This document shows, one piece after another, positions 30,059-43,621 of a stretch of 64,000 bases of DNA (positions within the stretch are counted from its first letter, which is position 1; each line of letters starts with the position of its first letter). This DNA is from Octopus vulgaris. Lineage: Eukaryota. The notes beneath the pieces were generated by a model. The model saw only the letters and a list, made by a program, of their open reading frames with translations, was not told the DNA's origin and made no database searches. Position numbers and translations under genes: made by a program. The DNA is taken from positions 19,902,001-19,966,000 of the forward strand of contig OX597835.1 of assembly GCA_951406725.2 (NCBI GenBank), given 5' to 3'.

Positions 30059-30646
30059 TATAGTTATATGCACACATCATATACCTACTCTATATGAATA
30101 TATATGTGTATACATACGCATACATATTAATTGTGAAATCATAGGATAGGATAAATACCGCGAACCATAATAGAGTTGTTACACGTTGCATAAGTAGATT
30201 GTACATTCATATATTAAAAAGGAAAACCTTATAGACACGTATGTCTTTCAAAAGATATCGAATTTCATGGAAAGACTAGCAGAAATATAATAATAAAAAA
30301 ATATATATAATAAAGTTACTAATCCACACTTTTATACCTAGGTGAATGTGTATACATCCAACAGATTTCTTCGAGAAATAAAATATAGTCAACAAAATAA
30401 TAAAGAAAAGGAATCTATTGGTATGAAGAAACTGCTTTCCTGTAGGGAAGTGCAACTGAACAAGAAACGTATTCCATCTTTAGGAATGAAGATCACAGTC
30501 TCTATTTTCAAATGCACACATACCTATATGCATATGGTGTGCGTATATATATATTTATATATATATATATATATATTTATATATGTACATATATGTATAT
30601 ATATACATATATACAGACATATATAGACATATGTATTTACACATAA

Positions 30647-30699
<53 letters not shown>

Positions 30700-30714
30700 T
30701 GTACATATACATTC

Positions 30715-30746
<32 letters not shown>

Positions 30747-31015
30747 GTCTCTCAGTCTAGCATTCTGTCTATTTCTTCATTTTACATCACTCGGTCTGTG
30801 TTTGTAAATATATATATATATATATATACATGTATGTGTGTGTGTTGTATGTATGTTTATATAAATTCATATGTACGCAATGTATGTATACCCTCCTTCA
30901 ATACACAGACAAGTGAATAATCATTGATTGGCAGCCATTGTAGGAACCTTCAAGGAAGATACTGAGTTACCGCAAAGGAATAGAATTTGAATAGTTCAAC
31001 AGTAAAAATATGAAA

Positions 31016-31064
<49 letters not shown>

Positions 31065-31669
31065 ATAAAAATATTTTTTCCTTTAGTCAAAGGAAAGAGA
31101 AATCTGTCGCCCTATACTTAAAATATCTTGAAACGAGTATAACATCCTTCGTTGTACAGCTTCTCAAAGGTACACATTGTTTATTATTATCAGGGTTTTA
31201 CATTTATTCGTACGTTACATAATATAGTGTTTTCAATATATATATTTACTTTCTTTCCTTATATATATATATCCATGCTCCACACTCACACACAGACACA
31301 CATACATACATACACACACACACACACATATAGACATAACGTTCATGCACGTATTCGACTTTATATATTTTCACTAATATATACGAATGTTAACGTTATT
31401 TTTAGCATGAACCGATTTATAGAAGTAACCGGACGTTCTCCTGTAAACGTTTCATTATATCCAGCATCCGGGAGCGTGTGACATAACTTCAATATTTGTT
31501 ATTCCTAATGTTTTCTTTTCTAAGTTCTTGTATCTTCTGGATAAGTTTCATTAATCATATTCAGCGGAAGTCATCTCATTTAACTATCTATGTATGTATC
31601 TGTCTGCCTCTCTATCTGTCTGTCTCTCTGTCTCTCTGCCTCTGTCTCTCTCTCTCTTTGTCTCTCTCG

Positions 31670-31712
<43 letters not shown>

Positions 31713-31807
31713 ATCCAAACAAGAAAACACAAAAAAGACATAGCAACGCGAGGACGTGGAACAAATAAAGTATTATTGGACGCTCAGGAAAGAAGGGAAG
31801 AAGGAGG

Positions 31808-31842
31808 GTTCAACGTTTCGAGCGGAGCTCTTCGTCGGAAAC
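31808..31842 (-). ncRNA. Minimal type-I hammerhead ribozyme-like motif
   Basis: gttt CCGACGA a GAGC tcc GCTC GAAAC GTT gaac; stem I gttt/gaac with one G-U, stem II 4 bp, palindromic ACGT stem III. Confidence 0.65.
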
Positions 31843-31960
31843 ATAGGGGAAGGAAAGAGGTCACATATTGAATATATATATATATATATATGACACACGA
31901 AATGAGGTAAATAATCCTTCGAGCAGACGGTCAGAAGCGACGCCTGCTGGGTTCGACTAC

Positions 31961-32003
31961 TCTGCATTGATAAAGGGCAAATATCATGAAACATGTATGC
32001 AGA
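31961..32003 (+). ncRNA. Hammerhead-like motif with U3-A8 core
   Basis: tctgca TTGATAA agggcaaatatcat GAAA catg TA tgcaga; 6-bp stem I, palindromic ACATGT stem III, stem II eroded. Confidence 0.6.
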
Positions 32004-32957
32004 TGCCTGACCAACAAGGGGAAGCGCCTGACCTCCCCTGTTCGAAGGTTGTAATTGACCCAGGGTCGCGTGTCATATAGCTATCTAGAAGCGATGGTCT
32101 CTTGAGGCTAATCAACGGCAGCTTTCGTCCTATAATTATGGAGTGCCATATCAGCTTGGTGATAACTGTTAATATCCATTACCGCTGCTGTAGTCTCCTT
32201 TAGAAAGACTTAGAAGTAATAATATTTCTATTAATGTCATTCTTGTTCATGAATGTCATTCTTTTGTTCATAAAATTTATGAATTGTATGAAGGACACAG
32301 AGTACAGGGATGCTTGTCAATGAAATATAGAAGTAATTTTTATCAAACTAACGAAAAATTACTGACATAGTTATCGATCAAATATTACCATGTGAATTAA
32401 AAGAAGACACTAAATAAATCTGAGAAAAATGGCAGATTCTTAATTGGTAAATTCTGAACAGGTCAAACGTAAAAAAAAAACAAATGCAAGTCACTAGTTA
32501 TTTTAGGAAAGACACATATATATGATTACTTACATAAGTATTTACATACACATACATACACACGTATATGCGTATATGAGTGCGTGTGGGTGTGTGATTC
32601 AATGCCTACACAAATATGCTAATGTATACAAAAACGTACACATATGCGTATATGTATGTATATATGTATGCATGCATGTATGTATATAGGTATGTAAGTG
32701 TGAGCTTGTGTTTTAGCAGTAATGCTTCGAGATTTAAAGCATGTCAGCGACCAAAACTTTAAGTGTCAGTGGAGACTCTGTACTGCCATCATATAATCAT
32801 ACTACTTTACGTCTGTTAAATAAAAAAAATATTGGCGTTCATCATTCCTGTATCTCGTTCGATTTCCCTTCTTTCACGATCAAAGCAACTCACACACGGC
32901 GGGCTAGGTGCGTGTTTGTGTATGCGCGCGCGTCTGTAGGAATATTCTTGGAAATAC

Positions 32958-32999
32958 AATTCTTGAAAAGTCACATTATGACGAAAACCGCTTTGAATT
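32958..32999 (+). ncRNA. Hammerhead-like motif with U3-A8 core
   Basis: aattc TTGAAAA GTCA catta TGAC GAAA accgct TT gaatt; 5-bp stem I, 4-bp stem II, followed by aataaa. Confidence 0.6.
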
Positions 33000-33247
33000 A
33001 ATAAATATATATATATATTTTATCAATTTTTCTAAAACTTTTTCCATACACCCATTTTCATTAAAATTTTCTTTCAATTTAGCATCCTGCCTTTTTACAA
33101 TTTTTCCTTGCTTATATATATATATATATATATCAGTTGAAGAGCGTAGGCACGAAACGTAGAATATTTTTCCATTTTCCTGACCGTCTAAATCATACAT
33201 TTAATACACTTGCTTATTGTTCATTCAATTTTGTTTTTCTATAATCT

Positions 33248-33299
<52 letters not shown>

Positions 33300-33399
33300 G
33301 TTTGTATATATGCATATATGTATATGAGTATGTATAAATTTATATATATATATATATATGCATATATATATGTGTGTGTGTGTCTGTGTGTGTTGTGTG

Positions 33400-33434
<35 letters not shown>

Positions 33435-33456
33435 TGAGCGTGTGTGTGTTTGTGTG

Positions 33457-33785
33457 TGAAGGCGCATGGCTCAGTGGTTAGAACGTAGAACTTACGACCG
33501 TGAGGTTGTGAGTCCGAATCCCGGACTGGACTGCGTGTTGCCGTCCTGAGCAAGACTCTTTTTTTCACGTTGCTCCAGTTAACTGAGCTGTAGAAATGAG
33601 TTGCGACATCACTGGTGCCAAACTGTATCGGCCTCTGCCTTTCCCTTGGATAACACTGGTGGCGTGAAGTGGAGAGGCCGATATACATGGGCGACTGATG
33701 GTGTTCTTTAAACAAACTTGCCCGGACTTGTATCTCATAGGGTAACTTTCTAGTTGAAATCGCATAGTCATTCGTGACCGAAGAG

Positions 33786-33790
<5 letters not shown>
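33457..33790 (+). mobile_element. SINE with family C head and a different 3' region
   Basis: ggcgcatggctcagtggttaga...gagtccgaatccc...gagcaagac...ttcacgttgctccagt is shared with 10275-10608. Confidence 0.85.
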
Positions 33791-33821
<31 letters not shown>

Positions 33822-33910
33822 GGAAAGTTTACGAAAATAAACAAAAGACGAAGGCAGGTGGAGTACAAACAAACAAATGCCGTTCGTCGGACAGCTTTTG
33901 CTATCAAAAA

Positions 33911-33948
33911 CTGTCCGACGAACGGCAACGGGAAACTCAGACTAACAG
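33911..33948 (+). ncRNA. Hammerhead-like motif (same family as 56458-56495)
   Basis: ctgt CCGACGA acggcaacgg GAAAC tcaga cTA acag; preceded by an inverted copy of its own 5' half (33879-33894). Confidence 0.55.
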
Positions 33949-33980
33949 GTTTTGTTGAATTTTCTGCTGCTTTAAATAAA

Positions 33981-34020
<40 letters not shown>

Positions 34021-34024
<4 letters not shown>

Positions 34025-34125
34025 CCAAGCAACAGGTTGCTTAGCCACATACCGAAAAATTAGAAATAGCAGTCAAGGACCGCTTCTTTGTATTTTCTAC
34101 AAATATAACTCCACTGTTGCTTGCC

Positions 34126-34128
<3 letters not shown>
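34021..34128. mobile_element. Small foldback element with 15-bp terminal inverted repeats in (TA)n
   Basis: aaggccaagcaacag ... ctgttgcttgccctt (14/15 match). Confidence 0.55.
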
Positions 34129-34193
<65 letters not shown>

Positions 34194-34309
34194 AACCTTC
34201 TCTGATTTACACGTTTTGTTTACAATCTTATAATGATATATTATAAGATAATATAATATAATAGAATAAAATAAAATAAAATAGTAGAATGTTAAATGTT
34301 CATTCTGAT

Positions 34310-34354
34310 TGAACTAGTACTTTCATGCAATAAATTCTGCAATCTTCAGATTCA
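34310..34354 (-). ncRNA. Minimal type-I hammerhead ribozyme
   Basis: tgaat CTGAAGA t TGCA gaatttat TGCA t GAAA gtac TA gttca. Confidence 0.8.
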
Positions 34355-34420
34355 TGACAGTCATGCTTCACAATTTTTGACAGTCAAAAATTGTGAAGCA
34401 TGACTGTCTCCACTACTACA

Positions 34421-34465
34421 TGAACCTGAAGATTGCAGAATTTAATGCATGAAAGTACTAGTTCA
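34421..34465 (+). ncRNA. Minimal type-I hammerhead ribozyme
   Basis: tgaac CTGAAGA t TGCA gaatttaa TGCA t GAAA gtac TA gttca; canonical core, perfect 5-bp stem I, palindromic AGTACT stem III; predicted cut after A34460. Confidence 0.85.
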
Positions 34466-34636
34466 ATCAGAATGAACATTTAACATTCTACTATTTTATT
34501 TTATTTTATTCTATTCTATTATATTATATTATATTATATTATAATATATCATTATAAGATCGTAAATAAAACGTGAAAATCAGACAAGGTTGGAATTCCT
34601 TTTATTAATATATTCTTTTATACACAATCACACACA

Positions 34637-34693
<57 letters not shown>

Positions 34694-35085
34694 TTAAGCG
34701 TAGAAGGACATAGTGTACTTTGTAATGAGTAAAATGCTTTAATTTATTGGCCGTTACAGTGTAACAGATACAGAAGTCAAATATATATTTAAATATTTTC
34801 GGGAAATACGTAAAGTGCAAAGCGAATTATCTTAAAATTACGATGCAGTTATGAGGTCAATTTATGAAAGTATTCGTTTTAATTAAGTGAAGGATTGAAT
34901 TTCAGTGTGAATAATGAGGTAGTAATTTCAGTTAGTGACAGCATATATATACCATGGCAAATGTAATTAAAATAGTTGTTAATCATCTGTTGTGAATGGA
35001 TATGAAAATGTGTTAATAATCTGGTTGAATCAATTGTTAATTCTTTAAGTGAAATTTTATAGGTACTCTGTACTCTACAGACGAC

Positions 35086-35251
35086 GGTGAAGTAACTGTG
35101 TGGCTATGTGGTTAGTAGATTCCTTACTGGTTTCGGGTTCAGGCCCTCTGTTTGGCGCATTCGTCAAGTGTCTTCTACTATAGCCTCGGGCCGAGCAAAG
35201 CCTTGTGAGTTGATTTGGTAGACGGAAACTGAAAGAAGCCCGTCGTATATA

Positions 35252-35315
<64 letters not shown>

Positions 35316-35542
35316 TATGTGTGCGTGTGTTTGTGTGTATTTTCGGGTCTGTGTTTGTCCCCGCCAACATCGCTTTACAACCGATTCTGGTGTGTTTACG
35401 TCCCCGTAAATTAGCGGTTCGCCAAAGAGACCGATAGAATAAATACTAGGCTTACAAAGTATAAGTCCTGGGGTCGATTTGTTCGACTAAAGGCGGTGTT
35501 CCAGCATGGCCACAGTCAAATTATTTAAACAAGTAAAAGAAT
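35086..35542 (+). mobile_element. SINE family B
   Basis: Collinear with 18681-19166. Confidence 0.88.
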
Positions 35543-35873
35543 ATATATATAAAACCTAAATGTGTGTGTGTGTGTGTGGAGAGAGAAAGAGAGAGAGAGA
35601 GGGAGAGAGAGAGAAAGAGTGAGTGAGAGAGTGAGAGAAAGAAACAGATAAAGAGAAACTAGCCAGTGGGGTTGAAGTGAGTAGTTACTATATGAAATAT
35701 GGAGTATAGAATTTGAAGAGATATTGTGTAAGTGTGTAAAATTGTATCTTGATGTGTGCGATCAGTGTAAGAAGAAAAAGTAAATCAATGAGACATCAGA
35801 CTCTGGTTGTGACAAATATGTCTGGTACCTTGAAAATCGCAAGGCGTTCAAATTCCGTTGGGCTAGCGGTTCT

Positions 35874-36289
35874 TATTTCGTTATTGTTCACAAGGGACAA
35901 AACGTAGAGAGGACAAACAAGGACAGTCAGAGGGATTAAGTTGATTACATCGACCTCAGTGCGTAACTAGTACTTAATTTATCGACCCCGAAAGGCTGAA
36001 CGGCAAAGTCGACCGCGGCGGAATTTGAACTCAGAACATAACTGCAGACGTAATACCTATTCCTTTACTACCCACAAGGGGCTAAACACAGAGAGGACAA
36101 ACAAGGACAGACACGCTGATTAAGTAGATTATATCGACCCCAATGCATAGCTGGTACTTATTTAATTGACCCCGAAAGGATGAAAGGCAAAGTCGACCTC
36201 GGCGGAATTTGAACTCAGAACGCAGCGGCGGACGAAATACTACAGAGCATTTCGCCCGGCGTGGTAACGTCTATGCCAGATCGCCGCCT
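35874..36289 (-). mobile_element. SINE family A dimer
   Basis: Two units joined at ..aatacctattcctttactacc (~36052-36072); single head at the right end. Confidence 0.88.
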
Positions 36290-37002
36290 CAGTATGGGAT
36301 AATATTGTCTAAGAATATAAATAAAATTTTAACCTAGTTAAAGAAGCGGCTTGTGGAAGAAATCATGTATGTTGAATACAAAATCGTATATCTGGAGGGA
36401 CGATAAAAATTATGCCACTTCATATCATCATCAATTCAATTTAACATTAAGTAAATAAACTTTATATTTCTAAAGAATCATTTTTGCTACACAATAATGC
36501 CTTTAAAACATCTCTAAATAAATAATTTTGAAATATATTTGTCTTCGATACTTAACTTTCCTCAGGGGTTTGCCTCATCAACTATATTCAAAATACACAA
36601 ATCTGCCAGTTTCTTAATATCTTAGTTTCATTATATTATCTAATTTTTTTTTGTACTAGACTTTAATTAACAAGTTCAAACATTGTTGGACACTGAAGAG
36701 GGGAAATCCATAAATAATTTAATCTTAAAATAACAATCCTCCGATGAATTTAATCCCCAGTCTCAACTACTCACAAAACAACACTTGAAACACACACAAA
36801 CGAATCAAACCAATTTGTTTACATCTGGGATGTGAAAAGAAGGTAAAAATCAATACACTTTAAATTCAACGTTTACACTCAGAACAGAACACAAGTGACT
36901 GCGTGATGCTTCTCGACTGGCGAGGTTGAAATTCCTTTAGCCAGAGGTCCCAGAAACTATAGAGATTTTGAACAAGTTTGTCGGTACCAAACTATGTATG
37001 TC

Positions 37003-37098
<96 letters not shown>

Positions 37099-37136
37099 GT
37101 GTGTGTGTGCGTGTGAGTGTGTGTATATGTGTGTTT

Positions 37137-37199
<63 letters not shown>

Positions 37200-37640
37200 T
37201 TTATGTATATATATATATATATATATATTCATATGCATACATACATACATACATACATACATACATACATACATACATACATACATACATACAGGGAACA
37301 ATCTGAAATATATTTATTCTGTAAATTCTACAACTGAACTAAGTCTGTTTTTTAAACAACTATAATCATTATTGCAAAGAAGTATGGAATAATATACTTT
37401 TCTAATCTAGGCAATGGTATTTAGTTTATCGCCCCCCTCCCCCTCCCGGGAGGATGAAAGGCAAACTCTGCCTCGGCTGAATTTGAACTCAGATCATAAA
37501 GGCATACGCAATACTTGCAGCGACCAAGCAGTTCGTAAACACAACCGTTTTAACATTCTAGTTTCTTGCATCATTATAGCTTTCGAATGATTCCACCACG
37601 CTGGCTACCACGTTTAGAATGGAAAATCATTACATACACC

Positions 37641-38047
37641 TATTTCTTTACTACCCACAATGTGCTATATACAGAGTGGACAAACAAACGGATTAAGTCG
37701 ATTATATCGACCCCGGTGTGTAACTGGTACTTAATTTATCGACCCCGAAAGGATGAAAGGAAAAGTCGACCTCGGCGGAATTTGAACCCAGAACGTAACG
37801 GCAGTCGAAATACATATTTCTTTACTACCCAGAAGGGGCTAAACACAGAGAGAACAAACAAGGACAGACAAACGGATTAAGTCGATTATATCGACCCCAG
37901 TGTGTAACTGGTACTTAATTTATCGACCCCGAAAGGATGAAAGGAAAAGTCGACCTCGGCGGAATTTGAACTCAGAATGTAACGGCAGACGAAATACAGT
38001 TACGCATTTCGCCCGGCGTGCTAACGTTTCTGCCAGCTCGCCGCCTT
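37641..38047 (-). mobile_element. SINE family A dimer with 9-bp TSD
   Basis: Junction gaaatacatatttc at ~37807-37820; tacatacac at 37631-37639 and 38049-38057. Confidence 0.9.
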
Positions 38048-39101
38048 ATACATACACAATTATACATACACCAACAGTCGGAAATATTCATCAATAAAAA
38101 TCTAAACAAACATGACAAACACAAAACATGAACTATCTTCTTGTTGTTATAACAGGAAACCTTAGGAAGGAAATTTAAAAACTGTAGCAGCCGAAAAGAC
38201 GTATAAAAACACTATAGATGTAGCTGACACATACACGAGTAATGTATATAGAGCCTGTTCGTATAAATAATACCCACAAATATAACTCACCCTCTATTAA
38301 ACGGCTACACTTACGTAATATTTGCAGTTACTAAAGTGGTCCTTATTATTATTATTATATATTACTTAGAGAGTATCTAACGTTGCCTAACTCCCACGTG
38401 CGGTATTTCATAAAGGAACTGATGTCGCTGGATATACCTAAATGTAGCCTGCTCTAGAAATGACGTCAGTATGCCATTCCAGTTACAGGAATCTGATTAG
38501 GATGAAGCGAGTTGACAGTTGGTTGAGCGTATGTTTCAATCTAAATAGATGTCTTTATCAATGTAGTCGTTCTATTTTCTTTGCAGCAGTAGAGGGCACA
38601 CTTCGAAATATGCCAAGAAAAGAAAAGAGGAAAGCAAAGAACCAGAACTCACTTATTTCATAGGTATTCTGCATAAATTAAACAAGTATAGATTTGGAGA
38701 AAGATACCTAACTAGCAGGAATGAATTTGAGCAAGAAATCGAGTATTCGTATCTTGGACACACAGTATATTCACATTTATGAAATACTTTATATAAGGAG
38801 AGATAAACTCCACTGTTAATAATTCTCCGAAAATGTATCCTTCTATTAAGGCAAAGGTTGTTCTCACAGCAGACAAGTGAGAGTTATGGACACGCATTAT
38901 ACAACCATTTCACACTGTATATGTGCACATATCTCTTTATTTGTGTGGGCTTGGAAAAGCAATTTTTTTAATGAAAGACTTATTGCTTTAATTTGCATTG
39001 TTTTCCAGTATTGGGAGTTGTTGTTTGAGAAACTTATCATACTCAGGTATCTCCTAACATAACAATGAGCGTAGTGTTTTTATATATTTGTACACACACA
39101 C

Positions 39102-39148
<47 letters not shown>

Positions 39149-39174
39149 ATCAAAATAAGCAACAAAGATATCCA

Positions 39175-39259
39175 AGGTACAATTGTTTCATGCTACTTCA
39201 TGTTATTAGACACTGTAAGTATTACATCAGTTTTAAAATGTCGAGCAATCATCAGCCAC
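39175..39259 (-). ncRNA. Hammerhead with long loop II; stem I 3' strand damaged
   Basis: gtgg CTGATGA t TGCT [~50 nt] AGCA t GAAA caattg TA cctt. Confidence 0.65.
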
Positions 39260-39303
39260 ATATAGAATTTTCCGTATAATTGGAAAATTGGAAAATTCTA
39301 TAA

Positions 39304-39389
39304 GTGGCTGAAGATTGCTCGACATTTTAAAACTGGTGTAATACTTATAGTGTTTAATAAAATGAAGTAGCATGAAACAATTGTACTAC
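39304..39389 (+). ncRNA. Type-I hammerhead ribozyme with long loop II
   Basis: gtgg CTGAAGA t TGCT [~50 nt] AGCA t GAAA caattg TA ctac; palindromic ACAATTGT; predicted cut after GUA at 39385. Confidence 0.78.
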
Positions 39390-39502
39390 TCTACCTTGAA
39401 TATTCTTGTTACTTATTTTGATTATAATCACCCCATTTGATTTATATGGATAATACCATACAAAATTCTGGTGCCTTTAACTTAAGTACCATATCCATCT
39501 GA

Positions 39503-39555
<53 letters not shown>

Positions 39556-40039
39556 GTTGTCCAAAATCACAGAGTATGAGTAGGACGGGGGAGAAAGTGA
39601 AGGGAGAGGAGAGAAAATAGTAATTCAGTGAAGGAGAAGTAGTGAGAGCAATAGTGCAGACTGAGAGAGAGAGTGAGAGAAAATAAATAGCAATGAGAGA
39701 AAGGGAGTGGCAAGGAACGAGTTGTATATCTTCTATATTTCTCCGTCACAATATATGAATGAGAAAGGGAGGAGTGATAGATTAATATCAAAGGAAGGGG
39801 TGAAAATCCTTCAGCTGTTCAAATATGTGTGAGTATATTTGTGTATGTAAAAGGGGGTTATTTTAATGTTTGTTTGTATGTATGTGTATGTATGCAATAA
39901 AAATGGGATGGTGAACTTCAACGCTGAAAAGAAAAATCAAACAGTACTGTTTGAGTATATGACTTGTATATGTGTGTGTGGATCTATAAGGGAAGCATGT
40001 GAATGTTTGTATATGTGATTATTATGTAACTTATTTTGC

Positions 40040-40099
<60 letters not shown>

Positions 40100-40100
<1 letters not shown>

Positions 40101-40395
40101 TAGCAGTATCACACGGCGTTGCTCGGGTTTGTAAGGGAAATAACTATATAAGCATTTTTAGAGAGTTATAGCCAAAAATTAGCAAAAAAATGCATTAAAA
40201 ATGGAAAAAAAATGACGGTAATTTTTTTTTTAATCGTAGACTCATCGTAGACGCGCGCTATTACCCGGAAGGGCTCGAGAAGGATCACGACTATAAGATA
40301 CCTGGTTTTGGTTAAACTGCACCGCAAAATGTGGTAATAGTTAGGAATCTAAATCGTAGGAGACAGACACACAACTTCACTTTTATGTATAAAGA
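40100..40395 (-). mobile_element. Non-autonomous Helitron
   Basis: Minus strand begins A|TC and ends with an imperfect GC-rich hairpin (cccgagcaacgccgtg) then CTAG|T; no TSD. Confidence 0.75.
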
Positions 40396-40559
40396 TATAT
40401 AAATACTACAACTAGCCGTCATTTTTGACAACACAGGATCGGCTGCTACCCATTGTAATTCTTACTACACTGAGAACTGAGCTGATAGTACGAGTAGTAC
40501 ACTAATTTTATTACTCGAACCATCGTGTTTACGCAATTCCTTTCATAAAATAGGACTGT

Positions 40560-40605
<46 letters not shown>

Positions 40606-40757
40606 GTGTATGTGTGTTGTGTGTGTGTGTGTGTGTGTGTTTGTGTGTGTGTACGTGTGTGTGTATACAAAGAGTTAGCGACATATATGTAAAGTATTAA
40701 GGTATACACGTACCGGTATCTGAATGAGTGTATATGTATTAGCGTAAGTGTATGTGT

Positions 40758-40818
<61 letters not shown>

Positions 40819-40989
40819 ATTAGTGTATATGTAAAAGATAGTTGCCTCTATCAATATGTTAGCAATTTTATAACCTTACCTTGTAAATGCTTCCATATAA
40901 ACATCTACATATATAAGAAGAATGCACACGGAAATATATGAATATCATACTATCACTTTCTCTGCCCTCTTATAGACACAAGTATATAT

Positions 40990-41035
<46 letters not shown>

Positions 41036-41479
41036 CATGTATGTATGTATACCTATAGATGTAAATATGTATACGTATACGGATTCATGCATATGAATAT
41101 ATGCATGAATTTATGTATGAGGTCACTTATGATTACGAACTGGATGGAATATCGATCGAGTTGATGAGTTGTAATAATAACCAAGGTATATATATATGAG
41201 AACAGATAAGTGTGTTTATAAACGTGGAGGAAACATTGAATTCTATTTCCAAAAACCAGCAGGAGAGCTGTCTGTGAGTATAGACAGGCGACAGGAAGTA
41301 TATAGTGACTGTTATCGAAATAAGACGAGATTGTGTGAAACAGTCTTAATTATAATATCCTAGCGAAATTGAAGTTTCAACTTCAAAGCATGCACGAGAT
41401 TCTTAGCCGTGTAGGATATAAAGTAAATTATAAATGAAAACAAAATTATGATATTTAGGTGTATTACTTCACACACAAA

Positions 41480-41528
<49 letters not shown>

Positions 41529-41758
41529 GCAGGAATGTATGTATAAATCTACACGTAAAGACTTACACAAATACACATATACGTATATATATGTGTATAT
41601 ATACGTATATACACACACATATATATACGCATATATGTGTATGCATATACGTATATGCATACACATATACGTATATGCATGCATATACGTATATACATAC
41701 ATATATTTACATATAAACACATACATATAGTTATATACGTATGCATGATTATACATAC

Positions 41759-41811
<53 letters not shown>

Positions 41812-41924
41812 CTTTTATTTATACATATATGTACGTTTTAATATAAATTATGCATATGTGCATATGCAAATAAATATGCATAGCTGATACTCACAAGCAT
41901 ATACTCACAAGCACACAGACACAC

Positions 41925-41996
<72 letters not shown>

Positions 41997-42407
41997 TGCA
42001 CATGCAGTGTGTATCACCCAAATGAAATATGGAATATTACATTCCCTCCAACATATTTTAAATAGACATAATATCAGCGGAGAAAGAGACCTTCTTCTGA
42101 TGTGCTGTTCTATCTAATGATAGGATATCACATTTACATAACATAACGTTTGTTTAAGTTCTTTGTTGCACCGAAAAATGATTCTTGCGCTTGCGTGTGT
42201 GTTCGCACAAACTTATATATACTTGTTTGCTGACGCATATATGGTAGGAGTTTATTGTCTCCTCATAGATTGTTCTCTTATTTCTCTGTATACGGACTCC
42301 TAGTCAACAGTATAGGATTCTTGGCTTTCAGTTACTTCCGAAGAAGGAGATATTTCGGAAGGAATATTTCCATATCATATGCATGCTTACACACAAACAT
42401 GGATATA

Positions 42408-42630
42408 CGAGGAGGTGCAGGAAAGGTCCTGGGTTTTGTTGAAAAGAAATACCGGAGGATCAGTAAATCAGGAGTTTATTCAGCATATATCCCTTCTCAG
42501 ATTTACTTAATTGCAGAGGTCCTTCATTTTGTTTTTCTTTTTCAGCCCTGTGAAGGAACTCGGAAATTTGGTCCTTCAACCGGGCATTTCTCGACAAATT
42601 TAAAGCTACGAATATTTTAGAACCCCTTTG
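42408..42630. mobile_element. Degenerate Tc1/mariner-type MITE
   Basis: TA|cgaggaggtgcaggaaaggtcc ... gaatattttagaacccctttg|TA; imperfect terminal inverted repeats and TA flanks. Confidence 0.55.
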
Positions 42631-42661
42631 TACATACATACAAATAATCATATATATATAT

Positions 42662-43089
<428 letters not shown>

Positions 43090-43278
43090 CACATACATAC
43101 ATACATACATACATACATACATACATACATACATACATACATAATCAGGAATTCCGATTTTCTATTTTGATAGGTATTCATTCTTCAAAATGTATTTTCC
43201 TAATATTTCTAGGAGAATATTCGATTTGTTTTTGCTCCGCCTCTGTTCTGTTTTTGTTTTTCCAACGGATTTCCTATT

Positions 43279-43365
43279 TTCTTCCTGAAGAGAAAGACAC
43301 AATATGGTCCCATTATTCCATCGGATTTTGGTAATTTGTGCCTTTCGAAACACGTGTAGAATGAA
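43279..43365 (+). ncRNA. Type-I hammerhead ribozyme with extended stem II
   Basis: ttcttc CTGAAGA GAAAGaCACAA [loop] TTGTGcCTTTC GAAA cacgtg TA gaatgaa; stem II 10/11 bp, palindromic ACACGTGT; predicted cut after A43358. Confidence 0.85.
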
Positions 43366-43575
43366 ATAAAACGATTTCTGTTCAATCTGCGTTCAGCTCC
43401 ATTTCTTCAATTCACCAATAATGTTCTAATTTCAATTATCCGCACCAACGCACGGTTGCAACACCATATGGTTGTACCTCCAACCGTGCTGTTTTACTGC
43501 TGTGATTTTTGCTACTAAGGTATCGGTTAAACTTTTGATTAATCTACTACAAGATTATTCATCTTTCTATTTCAC

Positions 43576-43621
<46 letters not shown>

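Larger units (their letters stand above)
34191..34594. mobile_element. ~400-bp palindromic PLE-type element carrying two divergent hammerheads
   Basis: Arms are reverse complements from tccaacctt to aaggttgga; the centre 34356-34408 is a perfect 26-bp palindrome around A34382. Confidence 0.9.
39145..39426. mobile_element. ~280-bp palindromic element carrying two divergent hammerheads
   Basis: tataatcaaaataag...gaattttcc and ggaaaattc...cttattttgattata are reverse complements around a ~16-bp spacer. Confidence 0.88.

Noticed and set aside
36685-36765. Further hammerheads at ~36690 (CTGAAGAGGGG), ~15264 (GAAACAGCTGTA), ~28015 and ~44520(-)
   Set aside because: Only half the motif is present or GAAA/stem I is broken; probably relics but not supportable as ribozymes.
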